NCBI GenBank assembly: GCA_944320985.1
Contig: CALUJN010000059.1
Span: 544-64,543, forward strand
From: an uncultured Alistipes sp.
Lineage (GTDB): Bacteria; Bacteroidota; Bacteroidia; Bacteroidales; Rikenellaceae
DNA: 64,000 nt
Reading direction: 5' to 3'
Part shown: in pieces, positions 9,344-18,499 of the stretch
Numbering within the stretch: the first letter of the stretch is position 1
How the letters are laid out: every line of letters begins with the position of its first letter
The notes under the pieces: model-generated
Seen by the model: only the letters and a program-made list of their open reading frames with translations
What the model was told of the DNA's origin: nothing
The model's database searches: none
Program-made: the position numbers and the translations under genes

Positions 9344-10744
9344 ATGAAGAAGATTCTATTTTTTACGCTGCTGCTTCTGGGCTTCGCCGCACGGGCCGAT
9401 GCCCAAACCACGATTCTGGACGGGCAGGTCACGGTGCGCTCGGTAGATCTTGCACGAAATGACAACAATTTGTTTGTCAGAATGTTCCTGGATGTAGACA
9501 AACTGGATCTCAAGTCGAATCTCGAGGTGATCCTGACCCCCGAATTGCGGGATATGGAGGGAAATATCCGAAAACTGCCCGAGATCTGGGTTGTCGGACG
9601 CAACCGCTACTATTACCGCATGCGCAACGATTCGGTGGCCGAAAGCCGCTATTTCTTCCGCCGGAAGGGTACCTCGACCATCCTTTACGAAACTTCGCTG
9701 CCCTATGAAGCCTGGATGAGGCAGGCCGATCTGATGATCAACGAGGATGTATGCGGGTGCGGCAAGCTCCTGCTCTCGGATGACGACATGCTGGTCGGAT
9801 CGTTCGTTCCTCCGTTGGTCTATGTCGCCCCGCCGATCGAAGCGGTCAAGACCCGCTCCATCTCCGGATCCGCATTCATCGACTTCCCCGTCAGTCAGAC
9901 GGTCATCTATCCCGAATACCGGGACAATCCCGCCGAACTGGAGAAGATCCACCGTACGATCGATGTGGTGAAGAGCGATCCCGATACGCGGATTACGGCG
10001 ATCAGCATCAAGGGATTCGCTTCCCCCGAGAGCCCCTATGACAACAACACCCGTCTGGCCAAGGGGCGTACTCAGGCGCTGAAAGAGTATGTGCAGGAGC
10101 TCTACGACTTCCCGTCCGAGATCTTCACGACCTCTTACGAACCCGAGGATTGGGAGGGACTCGAAAAATATGTCCGCGCCTCCGATCTCGAGGACAAGGA
10201 GGAGATTTTGACGTGGATCGCCAAGGAGATGGATCCCGATAAGAAGGAATGGATGATCAAGAGCCGCCATCCGGAGTCCTATGCTTTCCTGCTTCGGGAG
10301 TGCTATCCGGCTCTGCGCCACTCGGATTATACGGTGGAGTACGTCATACGTTCGTACACCGATGTCGAGGAGATGAAACGCATTCTGGAGACCTCGCCGG
10401 GCAAGCTGAGCCTTTCGGAGATCTACCGGATCGCCTCTACCTACGAGCCGGGAAGCGACGAATACAACGATCTGATCGAGATCATGGTGCACCTCTATCC
10501 CGCGGATGAGGGAGCCAATCTCAATGCGGCCAACGCCGCCATGGCCCAGGGCGATCTGAAGGCGGCCCGGAAGTACCTCGCCAAGGCCGGAACGACGCCC
10601 GAGGCGGAGTATGCCCGCGGCGTGTTGCTGGCTCTCGAGGGCAATTACGAGGCTGCACGTCCTCTCGTCGTAAAGGCCGGAGAGGCCGGAGTGCAGGAGG
10701 CGGTCGAATGTTTGAAACGAATGGACCGGGTGTCCAAGGATTAA
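9344..10744 (+). CDS. DUF3868/OmpA-like domain protein with C-terminal TPR-like helices, pilus assembly associated
   Basis: Signal peptide; VILTPEL, YEAWM, AFIDFPV, IKGFASPESPYDNNTRLAKGR, EDWEGL, YPALR, ANLNAANAAM. Confidence 0.85.
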   Translation: MKKILFFTLLLLGFAARADAQTTILDGQVTVRSVDLARNDNNLFVRMFLDVDKLDLKSNLEVILTPELRDMEGNIRKLPEIWVVGRNRYYYRMRNDSVAESRYFFRRKGTSTILYETSLPYEAWMRQADLMINEDVCGCGKLLLSDDDMLVGSFVPPLVYVAPPIEAVKTRSISGSAFIDFPVSQTVIYPEYRDNPAELEKIHRTIDVVKSDPDTRITAISIKGFASPESPYDNNTRLAKGRTQALKEYVQELYDFPSEIFTTSYEPEDWEGLEKYVRASDLEDKEEILTWIAKEMDPDKKEWMIKSRHPESYAFLLRECYPALRHSDYTVEYVIRSYTDVEEMKRILETSPGKLSLSEIYRIASTYEPGSDEYNDLIEIMVHLYPADEGANLNAANAAMAQGDLKAARKYLAKAGTTPEAEYARGVLLALEGNYEAARPLVVKAGEAGVQEAVECLKRMDRVSKD

Positions 10745-10750
10745 ACGATT

Positions 10751-12382
10751 ATGAAACGATTCTGTGATTATCTGTGGTCGTCGGGGTTGCTGCTCGGGCT
10801 TTGTGCCTGCCAGCACCCGGATGTCTCGGCTCCCCGGGAGGAGGCGAAGGATGCCGAAAGCGTCTTCGTCGAGCTCTCGGTCGCCTTCACGGACGGCTCC
10901 GGAACACGAAGCGCCACCGATACTCCCGACGACGAGGGTTATGTCACCTCCGATGACGGGACGGAGCCCGGAAAGGCCTCGGAAACCGCCATTTCCGAGT
11001 TGCTGCTCGTGCTGGCGGATGCCGAAAACCGCAACATCGCCGCAGGACTGCTCGAAGAGGCCCGGTCGGAATCCGAAACCGAATCGAGGTATGTCGTGGC
11101 GGTGCCATTCCGCTTTGTGAAGGACCATACCGGAGAGGCGGTCTCCGTGTATCTTTTCTGCAACCCTACGGACGAGATGAAGTCCCTGGCGAAGAATACT
11201 CCCGAAGGCGCTCTGCCGACGGAGTTCATTGACAAGATCTACACGCTGGCGGATCCAGTGGACGATCGGGCCTGGAGAGAGGGGGCATTCCTCATGTCGA
11301 ACGCACGGAAATTTGTCACGACCCTGCCCGAAAAGTGGAGCGATTATCGCTCGCTCTCCTCGCCGTTCCCGCTCCTGGGAGATCGGACGCTGGAGGTGGA
11401 GCGTTCCGTCGCCCGCTTCGACTACAAGACCGTGAAGACCGACAACCGCTATCCGGTCTCGATCGACCGTGACCGGATTGACCAGACCGAGAATCCCGGC
11501 ATCGAGATCCAGCTTACGCAGGCGGCGGTCGTCAACGTCAACCGAAGTTTCTACTACCTGAGGCGCGTGGGGGACGAACACCTCACGAACATCGAGATCT
11601 GCGGGACGGAGACCTCCGAAAACTATGTACTCGATCCGTTTGCTGCCGACAAGGTGAACGGCGCCGCAGGATGGACTTCAAAGGCCGAACATTATCTCTA
11701 CAACCTCGAAGCCCCCGACTCCTGGGAGTGGACGCAGCTCTCCTCCCTGGCGCAGACGGAGGAGGACAGCGAATGGGGCGGCAATACGGAGGAGACGAAG
11801 GGGTATCACATCTGGCGTTACGTCACGGAGAATGCCGCACCCGACCGGGCTTCGCAGGTGGAGTCCATCTCGACGGGAATTGTCTTCAAGGGACGCATCG
11901 TCCCCGGTGCCGACTGCGAGGCGGAGATGGCCGAACTCCTTCGGGCCGGCGAAGAGCCGGTCTACGTCTACGGCAACCGCCTCTACGGCTCCTGGAGCAT
12001 GGTCGAACGGGCCGCCGCGACGAACGAGGATCTGCGTGTGGCCTGGGAGGCCGTGGAGAAAAACGGCGCATCGCTCGAAGAGGCCCATTTCACGCGCTAT
12101 ACCCCCGTCAATGGAGAGTATGTAAACTACTACTTCTATTGGACCGTCCACAACGACAACGGGGTGACGGATCCCGAAGATCCCGACTACCTCTCTCCGA
12201 TGAAGTTTGCCGTCGTCCGCAACAACGTCTACAAACTGGCCGTGGAGGCGCTCTTCGGATTCGGAGCCACCGATCCGGAGCCGCCCGACAAGCCGGAGGA
12301 AGATCCCGATACCTATATGCTGGTTACGGTAAAGATCCTTCCGTGGGTGGAACGGAGTTTCGAGATCACCATTGAAGAGTAA
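10751..12382 (+). CDS. Type V pilus major subunit, Mfa1-like lipoprotein
   Basis: Lipobox LCAC; Arg processing site GTRS; FLMSNA, VERSVARFD; C-terminal AVVRNNVYKLAV and VKILPW. Confidence 0.85.
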   Translation: MKRFCDYLWSSGLLLGLCACQHPDVSAPREEAKDAESVFVELSVAFTDGSGTRSATDTPDDEGYVTSDDGTEPGKASETAISELLLVLADAENRNIAAGLLEEARSESETESRYVVAVPFRFVKDHTGEAVSVYLFCNPTDEMKSLAKNTPEGALPTEFIDKIYTLADPVDDRAWREGAFLMSNARKFVTTLPEKWSDYRSLSSPFPLLGDRTLEVERSVARFDYKTVKTDNRYPVSIDRDRIDQTENPGIEIQLTQAAVVNVNRSFYYLRRVGDEHLTNIEICGTETSENYVLDPFAADKVNGAAGWTSKAEHYLYNLEAPDSWEWTQLSSLAQTEEDSEWGGNTEETKGYHIWRYVTENAAPDRASQVESISTGIVFKGRIVPGADCEAEMAELLRAGEEPVYVYGNRLYGSWSMVERAAATNEDLRVAWEAVEKNGASLEEAHFTRYTPVNGEYVNYYFYWTVHNDNGVTDPEDPDYLSPMKFAVVRNNVYKLAVEALFGFGATDPEPPDKPEEDPDTYMLVTVKILPWVERSFEITIEE

Positions 12383-12416
12383 CCCCTGAGGCAATAAATC
12401 GACAAATCTGAAATCT

Positions 12417-13406
12417 ATGAAACGAAATAGCTTATCTTGTCTGATCCTGTCGGCTGCGGCCCTGGTGTCGTGCAGTGTCTACGAGACCCTCGATCCCTGT
12501 CCCAAAGGGGTGTCGCTGCGTTTCGTCTATGACTACAACATGGAGTATGCCGACGCCTTTTCCGAACAGGTGGATTGCCTGACGCTCTATGTCTACGACG
12601 GGCAGGGCAACTACGTGACGACCCGGACCGTGACCGGAGACGAACTGCAGGACGAAAATTACCGCATGGTACTTGATCTTCCCGAGGGCGATTACCGCTT
12701 TGTGGCATACGGCGGCCTGGCCTGCGACAAACACTCCTTTGCGGTGGAGCAGGAACCGGCCCCGGGAAGTACGCTCGATGATCTCGAGGTCGCGATGGAG
12801 CTGTCGGGAGAAAACGTCTCGAAGGAGTTGCTTCACGATCTCTTCTGGGGACGGCTCGATGCCCGGGTCGAGGGGGAACTGTATCGTGACGAGACGCTCT
12901 ATCTGATGAAGAACACGAATAACGTGCGCATCGTCATCCAGCAGGCCGACACCTCTTCGGATCCGCTCGAGATCGACGATTTCGAAATCTCCATCACCGA
13001 CGACAATACGCGTTTTGCTGCCGACAACTCGCTCCTGGCGGGGATTTCCCCGTTCAGCTACGAACCCTGGACCCAGGGTGACGGAGAGGTTGTCGGAGAG
13101 TCGGAATCCGGAAAGACCGTCTCGGCGGCCTATGCCGAATTCTCGATATCGCGTCTGATGACCACGAACAACCCCCGGCTTACGATCTACAGTCACCAAC
13201 AGCAGGAGACCGTCGTCGACATCCCGCTCAACAAGTATCTGCTGCTGCTCAAGAGCGAGAAGTTCGCCGGGATGGCCGACCAGGAGTATCTCGACCGTGA
13301 GAATCTCTGGTCGATCATCTTCCTGCTCAACGACTATACGTGGCACGACGTACGGATCGTGATCAACGACTGGACCGTTCGACAAGACAACATTCAACTC
13401 AAATGA
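12417..13406 (+). CDS. Type V pilus anchor subunit, FimB/Mfa2 family
   Basis: Lipobox LVSC then YETLDPC; LRFVYDYNM, LYVYD, YRFVAYGG, LMKNTNNVRI, QEYLDRE, IVINDW. Confidence 0.88.
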   Translation: MKRNSLSCLILSAAALVSCSVYETLDPCPKGVSLRFVYDYNMEYADAFSEQVDCLTLYVYDGQGNYVTTRTVTGDELQDENYRMVLDLPEGDYRFVAYGGLACDKHSFAVEQEPAPGSTLDDLEVAMELSGENVSKELLHDLFWGRLDARVEGELYRDETLYLMKNTNNVRIVIQQADTSSDPLEIDDFEISITDDNTRFAADNSLLAGISPFSYEPWTQGDGEVVGESESGKTVSAAYAEFSISRLMTTNNPRLTIYSHQQQETVVDIPLNKYLLLLKSEKFAGMADQEYLDRENLWSIIFLLNDYTWHDVRIVINDWTVRQDNIQLK

Positions 13407-14458
13407 AAACAGGAACCATACGAGTAATCGGAGCGTCTCTTCTGCTGGCGCTGACAGGCTGCGGAGCAGGGGAGGAGACTCCGGCGACGTCCGCCGACAA
13501 GGTGTTTCTGACGTTGGATGTCGCCACGACACGCGGTGACGGATCCACGACCGGGGAGTTGCCCGAGGCGGAAAAGATCCATACGCTGCGCGTGATCATC
13601 TTCGACGGGAACGGCAGCGTGGAGCATAACGCGTTGATTTACAACGATGCGGCGGTCGGCGTGGAGGAGGTGGCCGACAAGACCTTCGAGGTGACGAAGA
13701 ACGACCGGAAAACGCTCTTCCTGCTGGCCAATGCCGAAGAACTGCCGGGACTGGATCCGACGAATCCCGAAGGGCTGCAGACCCGGATCACCGAATACGA
13801 CCAGGTGTCGCTCGATTGGCTGCAAGGCTGCGACGCGCTGCCTATGTCCTCCTCCTACAATTTCAGCGTGCAGGACAAGAACAAGGATTGCGGGACGCTC
13901 TATGTGGCCTATGCGGCCACGAAGTTCACCTTCTCGTTCGAGAACCGGATGCCTGCCGGCTCTTCGCTCGGGATCTCGGGACTCACGATCAACCAGATCG
14001 CCTCGACGTCGTATCTCTATCCGCAAGCCTCCGACCGATGGCTGACCGAGCTGCTCAACGGACGGATCGTCACCGCATACGAAATCCCCGCAACGGCCGT
14101 CCATGCGCCGTTTCTGTGGGAGGATTTCGAGCGTGTCGTGATCCCGAGCGGCGATACCTACGCTTTTCCGCCGATTTATCTGCCCGAGAGTCGGAATATC
14201 AACGACCTCGACACGGAACAGAGCTACACCGCCGGTCTGAAAATCGGTCTCGGAGACGATGCCTCGAACGATCATATCCGCGATGTCCGGTTATCGGACG
14301 GCTCCTCCGAACTGAATTCGCTGTTCCGCGGTACGCACGTCAAGGTCAAGGTCGTCGTGAAGAGTCTGGAACAGATCGATATTCTGATAGGTATTTATGG
14401 AATGATCGAACCGTGGACCGAACTCGATCCCGTATCGGGATCGATCATCGAGAAATAA
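13403..14458 (+). CDS. Type V pilin-like lipoprotein (minor subunit)
   Basis: ATG at 13403 overlaps the previous stop; lipobox LTGC; TTRG site; IHTLRVIIFD, LFLLANAE, IYLPES, LFRGTHVKV, IEPW. Confidence 0.75.
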   Translation: MKTGTIRVIGASLLLALTGCGAGEETPATSADKVFLTLDVATTRGDGSTTGELPEAEKIHTLRVIIFDGNGSVEHNALIYNDAAVGVEEVADKTFEVTKNDRKTLFLLANAEELPGLDPTNPEGLQTRITEYDQVSLDWLQGCDALPMSSSYNFSVQDKNKDCGTLYVAYAATKFTFSFENRMPAGSSLGISGLTINQIASTSYLYPQASDRWLTELLNGRIVTAYEIPATAVHAPFLWEDFERVVIPSGDTYAFPPIYLPESRNINDLDTEQSYTAGLKIGLGDDASNDHIRDVRLSDGSSELNSLFRGTHVKVKVVVKSLEQIDILIGIYGMIEPWTELDPVSGSIIEK

Positions 14459-14471
14459 AAGTCATGAGATT

Positions 14472-15620
14472 ATGAGACGGTACATGATTATCGCAGTAGC
14501 GGTGTTTGTCCTGCTGGCATGCGGCGCCTGTCAATCGCCCGATCCGCAGCCGGAGAAGGTGGGGACTTCACGCCTGGCCATCTCCGCCATCGTGGACGAC
14601 AGGGATACGCGGGCCGGCTCCGACGATTACAAACACGACCGCTTCATCAAGGACCGGTCGGTGATCCGGGTCGTGAATACCGTGAATTATGCCACACCGG
14701 ACTTCTCGGACGGCGCCGGCTATCAGGAGTACATCTATACTACCGAAGGTGTCGAATGGGACGACGATCAGCCCAACTTCCTGCCGCTGAAGGCGGGGAC
14801 ACAGCCCGGAGATCCCGATCGGGTGGATCCGGAGGGCGGATTTGACTGGGATCAGATCGTTCCGACTTCGAATGCTTTCGTATTCGAAGCGGCCTGCTTC
14901 CCGATGAACTATACCTATTTCAATGCCGTAACGACGGATCAGAGTCAGGTGGAAAATTTCTGGTCGGCGGATCTGCTTCTCGCCCATACGCGTCAGCCGC
15001 TCTCCGACAGATACGGTTTGCTGAAACTCAAGTTCTGGCATGTCTTCTCCATGATCCGGGTCGAACTCAAGCTTCCGATCGCCTCCGAGGATGCCGACAG
15101 CGGTTTCCCGGCCGACAACGGGGAGGACAAAACCGTCAAAAGGGTGGTGCTGACCGGCATGTATGTGACCTACAGTACGCGGTACGCCGAATCGATCTCC
15201 AACTACGGACGTCGTGCGGTGGTCGGAACCAGTGACGGGGGACGTCAGGATATTGTCATGTACCGGCTGCCCGACGGCGACGACATCACCGAGGAGAACG
15301 GTCAGAAATACCTCCACTGTGTCTTTGCCGCGATCGTCCCGACCCAGCAGATCCGGACTCAGACGGCCCTGCTCGAACTCGATATCAATACGATTGTCGG
15401 CTTCGACGACCAGACGATGGGGGAGCAGAAGATCGAGATGAAAACCTATGTTTTCCAGCCCGATGTGGCGATCGACATGATGCAGGGAAACATCACGGTG
15501 CTCAATCTGTCGTCCGATTCCCGGACTTCGACTCCGGTATTGGTAAGCGCCACGGTCAAGCCCTGGAGCGAGGCCTACACGGAGATCGATCTGACCCCTC
15601 TTACCACACAGAAACCTTAA
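14472..15620 (+). CDS. Fimbrillin family lipoprotein (minor type V pilin)
   Basis: Lipoprotein signal ending in Cys; DTRA site; DQS...ADLLLA; LKFWHVFSMIRVEL; AAIVPTQ; terminal VKPW. Confidence 0.8.
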   Translation: MRRYMIIAVAVFVLLACGACQSPDPQPEKVGTSRLAISAIVDDRDTRAGSDDYKHDRFIKDRSVIRVVNTVNYATPDFSDGAGYQEYIYTTEGVEWDDDQPNFLPLKAGTQPGDPDRVDPEGGFDWDQIVPTSNAFVFEAACFPMNYTYFNAVTTDQSQVENFWSADLLLAHTRQPLSDRYGLLKLKFWHVFSMIRVELKLPIASEDADSGFPADNGEDKTVKRVVLTGMYVTYSTRYAESISNYGRRAVVGTSDGGRQDIVMYRLPDGDDITEENGQKYLHCVFAAIVPTQQIRTQTALLELDINTIVGFDDQTMGEQKIEMKTYVFQPDVAIDMMQGNITVLNLSSDSRTSTPVLVSATVKPWSEAYTEIDLTPLTTQKP

Positions 15621-15632
15621 CGAGACAGTGCC

Positions 15633-16916
15633 ATGAGAACGTATGGAATCGTTTTTCTTTTGACCGCATGGACGGCTCTGGGTCTTTGCAGCTGCTCGAC
15701 CCGGGAGCCGGCGGTGCAGACAAACGGGGAGCCGATCGCTCTTTCGGCATCGATCGGACCGATGGAAACCCGGGTGGACGACGGACAGATCGTATCCGGA
15801 AGTTACCGCATGACCTACTATTCGACGCCCGACACGCGATCGATCTGTCCGGTTTCGTTCGCGCAATCGAAGGGTTATCCGCTCCTTGTCGATGAGGAGG
15901 GCGTCTACCGTTTTCTGAAATGGAACGATGTGACCCCCGTCGCTTCGCGAGACCTCTATCTCTTCACGCTCGACAATCTGGACAACGGAACCGATCCAGG
16001 TACGGTGACTCTGGACGAAAGCTACCGCGCGGCACCGCTCTCGGATGCTCCCGAGCTGGATATTGTCTGGGGCAGCCGGAGCGTGGCACTCGGATCCGAA
16101 CACAACGCCGTGGCCTTTACCTTGTCGCACCGCATGACCAAACTCTCGGTTGAAATCCGCGTGAACAGCTCCGGAATCGTGCTGGACGGCAAGGAGGTGC
16201 GCATTACGCTGGTGAACATCATCGATCTTCCCGCAACCTTCAACCGGGCTTCGGGCGCCGTCGAAACCGGAAGTCATGCTCCGACCGATGTGGTTTTGTA
16301 CGAGGGCGTTCTGACGCAGAGCGACGACAAATACGTCATTCCTTCGTCGTGGATCTTTCCGCCGCAGCGCTTCGATTCGCAGCAATGGCCGCGGCTGCGT
16401 CTGGAGTTCGACGGCACGACCTACGAAGGTACGCTCAACCACTTCATGATCGAGGAGGGTGCCGATCTGGATACGCCTATCGAGATGTTCGGGCTGGAGG
16501 CGGGCCTTCACCTCACGCTCCGGGCCGGACTCTCCCGGACGGCTGATGATATCGAGTTGGTCTTCATGCCGGTATGGGTCAAAAAGTGGGAGGAGATTGA
16601 AAATATCGGCATTACGGCCAAACAGCGCGGCATCTATACCGAGGGTGATTACCGGTCGCTGGTCGAGGCCTACAACAGCGAGCCGAAAAACAGCGCGGCG
16701 CTCGAGAAATACGGAACGCTTGAGACCGGTACGGGCCGCTGGAGTTTCACGCTCTACAAACGTATCGGAACCGCCGAGGGCGCTGCCGATATGCCGAAAT
16801 TCAAGGACGACGATTTCGACCTTTCGTTCAACGGATACACCATCTACGGATACGGAACCAAGGAGGAGCTGGTCGCGGTGGATCCCGACGGTGGTAATGG
16901 AAACGGAGGTGAATAA
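15633..16916 (+). CDS. Fimbrillin family lipoprotein with short C-terminal extension
   Basis: Lipobox LCSC; ETRV site; LDIVWG, FTLSHRMTKLSV, IFPPQ, VKKW, then GIYTEGD extension. Confidence 0.8.
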   Translation: MRTYGIVFLLTAWTALGLCSCSTREPAVQTNGEPIALSASIGPMETRVDDGQIVSGSYRMTYYSTPDTRSICPVSFAQSKGYPLLVDEEGVYRFLKWNDVTPVASRDLYLFTLDNLDNGTDPGTVTLDESYRAAPLSDAPELDIVWGSRSVALGSEHNAVAFTLSHRMTKLSVEIRVNSSGIVLDGKEVRITLVNIIDLPATFNRASGAVETGSHAPTDVVLYEGVLTQSDDKYVIPSSWIFPPQRFDSQQWPRLRLEFDGTTYEGTLNHFMIEEGADLDTPIEMFGLEAGLHLTLRAGLSRTADDIELVFMPVWVKKWEEIENIGITAKQRGIYTEGDYRSLVEAYNSEPKNSAALEKYGTLETGTGRWSFTLYKRIGTAEGAADMPKFKDDDFDLSFNGYTIYGYGTKEELVAVDPDGGNGNGGE

Positions 16917-16931
16917 AAGACGAATGCGCTT

Positions 16932-18473
16932 ATGAAAAAGACGTTGAAATACGGATTGACACTCTTCGTGGCCGTGGCTCTGTGCGACGGCTGCAAGGAG
17001 GCGGTCTCCCCGGCCGGACAACCGCAGTCGCGGAGACCGCTGGAGATCGAAGCCGAGATTACGGGGGCGGAATTGGCCGAATCACGGACCGTAAAGGATG
17101 AATTCGATTCGTATCGCTCCGAAACGGGCTTCTCGGATGGCGATCAGATCGGCTTCTACTCCATGCGCGACGGGAACGGCGACGAGAGCAACGCTCCGGT
17201 CAATCTCCCGATGACCTATACGGTCGCCGAGAAATGCTTCAAGAACGAAGCGTTGATCGTCGACTATCCGAACAATTTCGGATATACGTTCGCCTATTAT
17301 CCCTATGCCGCCGAGAATACCGATGTGATCGATATCTACAAGGCGGACGGCACGGTGGAGGATCTGCTCGTGGCCGGAACCGGACGTCTCTCCGAAGGAC
17401 GGATCTATCTGAGATTCGTACATGCACTCTCGATGGTGATATTCGTTCCCGGAACGGGTTTCGAGATTGCGGCGGCGGATGCGGCGAACGAGGTCCGGGT
17501 CTTTCTCCGGGAGGGGCTGAAGGCCTGTGTGACGAAGGACTCCGAGGCCGGGACCATTCAACTGGAGCTGACCCCCGACGATACGGCCCCGCGTGAATTT
17601 CTCGCCCGGAGGCGGACCGACGCGATGATAACGGTAGGCGGGGAGGCGATTCCCGTCTGCTACTCGGTGATCCTGCCCGCCGGAGCCGAGATCGAGCATA
17701 TCGAAATGACCGACAACCACGGTACGGTGCAGCAGGTGGTCCCGCAGATCGAGCCGCTGGAGCGCAGTTGGCGTTACCCGGTCCGGGTGGAGATGACGGG
17801 GACGCTGCCGACGGTCTGGCCCTATGAGATCCAGCCGTGGATCGATGACGGACAGCCCATCGAACTGGGCGGAAGTTTCGGAATCCAAACCTCGGAGGAC
17901 CTTCGCAACTGGGTGACGCTCTATAACCGCTACACGTCGGACAACCTTCCGGAGGATGAGCGGGAGCGCGTGGTTGAGCAGCTGAAGGCCTTCGGAGAGA
18001 TGACCGATGGCAAGTGGTTGTTCCAACTCAATGCGGACATCGACTGCGAAGGACTCTTTGGCGACGATGCGTTGACGGAGCTCGTCCACCGTTTGAACGA
18101 TACGTTCGACGGGCGGAACCGCACGCTCTCCAACCTGACCATGCCGCTGATCGGTACGGTCGGTGCCGAGGGGCGGCTTGCCGACTTGAATATCGATGCG
18201 ATAACGATCACCTCGACGACGGAGGCTCCGCTCGGCGCCGTAGCGCGCGAGATGAACGGAGGGGCGATCGTCGACTGCGATATCAAGAACATCCGTATCG
18301 AGACCGAGGGTCCGGTCGGAGCCATTGCGGGGCGTGCGACCGCCGGGACCATTACGGGAAATCGGGTGAACGGACTGTTGCTCGGTGCGTCGTCGGACGA
18401 CGACGGGATCACGGGCAGCCGTTCGGCCGACGTGACGTGTGAAAACAACATCTCTTCCGCCCTTATCTTCTGA
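16932..18473 (+). CDS. Fimbrillin family lipoprotein with C-terminal adhesin-like domain (tip pilin candidate)
   Basis: Lipoprotein signal; ESRT site; FSDGDQIGFY, YYPY, DLLVA, LRFVHALS, IQPW; then LNADID, FDGRNRTLSNL, VGAIAG. Confidence 0.78.
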   Translation: MKKTLKYGLTLFVAVALCDGCKEAVSPAGQPQSRRPLEIEAEITGAELAESRTVKDEFDSYRSETGFSDGDQIGFYSMRDGNGDESNAPVNLPMTYTVAEKCFKNEALIVDYPNNFGYTFAYYPYAAENTDVIDIYKADGTVEDLLVAGTGRLSEGRIYLRFVHALSMVIFVPGTGFEIAAADAANEVRVFLREGLKACVTKDSEAGTIQLELTPDDTAPREFLARRRTDAMITVGGEAIPVCYSVILPAGAEIEHIEMTDNHGTVQQVVPQIEPLERSWRYPVRVEMTGTLPTVWPYEIQPWIDDGQPIELGGSFGIQTSEDLRNWVTLYNRYTSDNLPEDERERVVEQLKAFGEMTDGKWLFQLNADIDCEGLFGDDALTELVHRLNDTFDGRNRTLSNLTMPLIGTVGAEGRLADLNIDAITITSTTEAPLGAVAREMNGGAIVDCDIKNIRIETEGPVGAIAGRATAGTITGNRVNGLLLGASSDDDGITGSRSADVTCENNISSALIF

Positions 18474-18499
18474 TGCGGAGAGCCAAAATTACGGATACG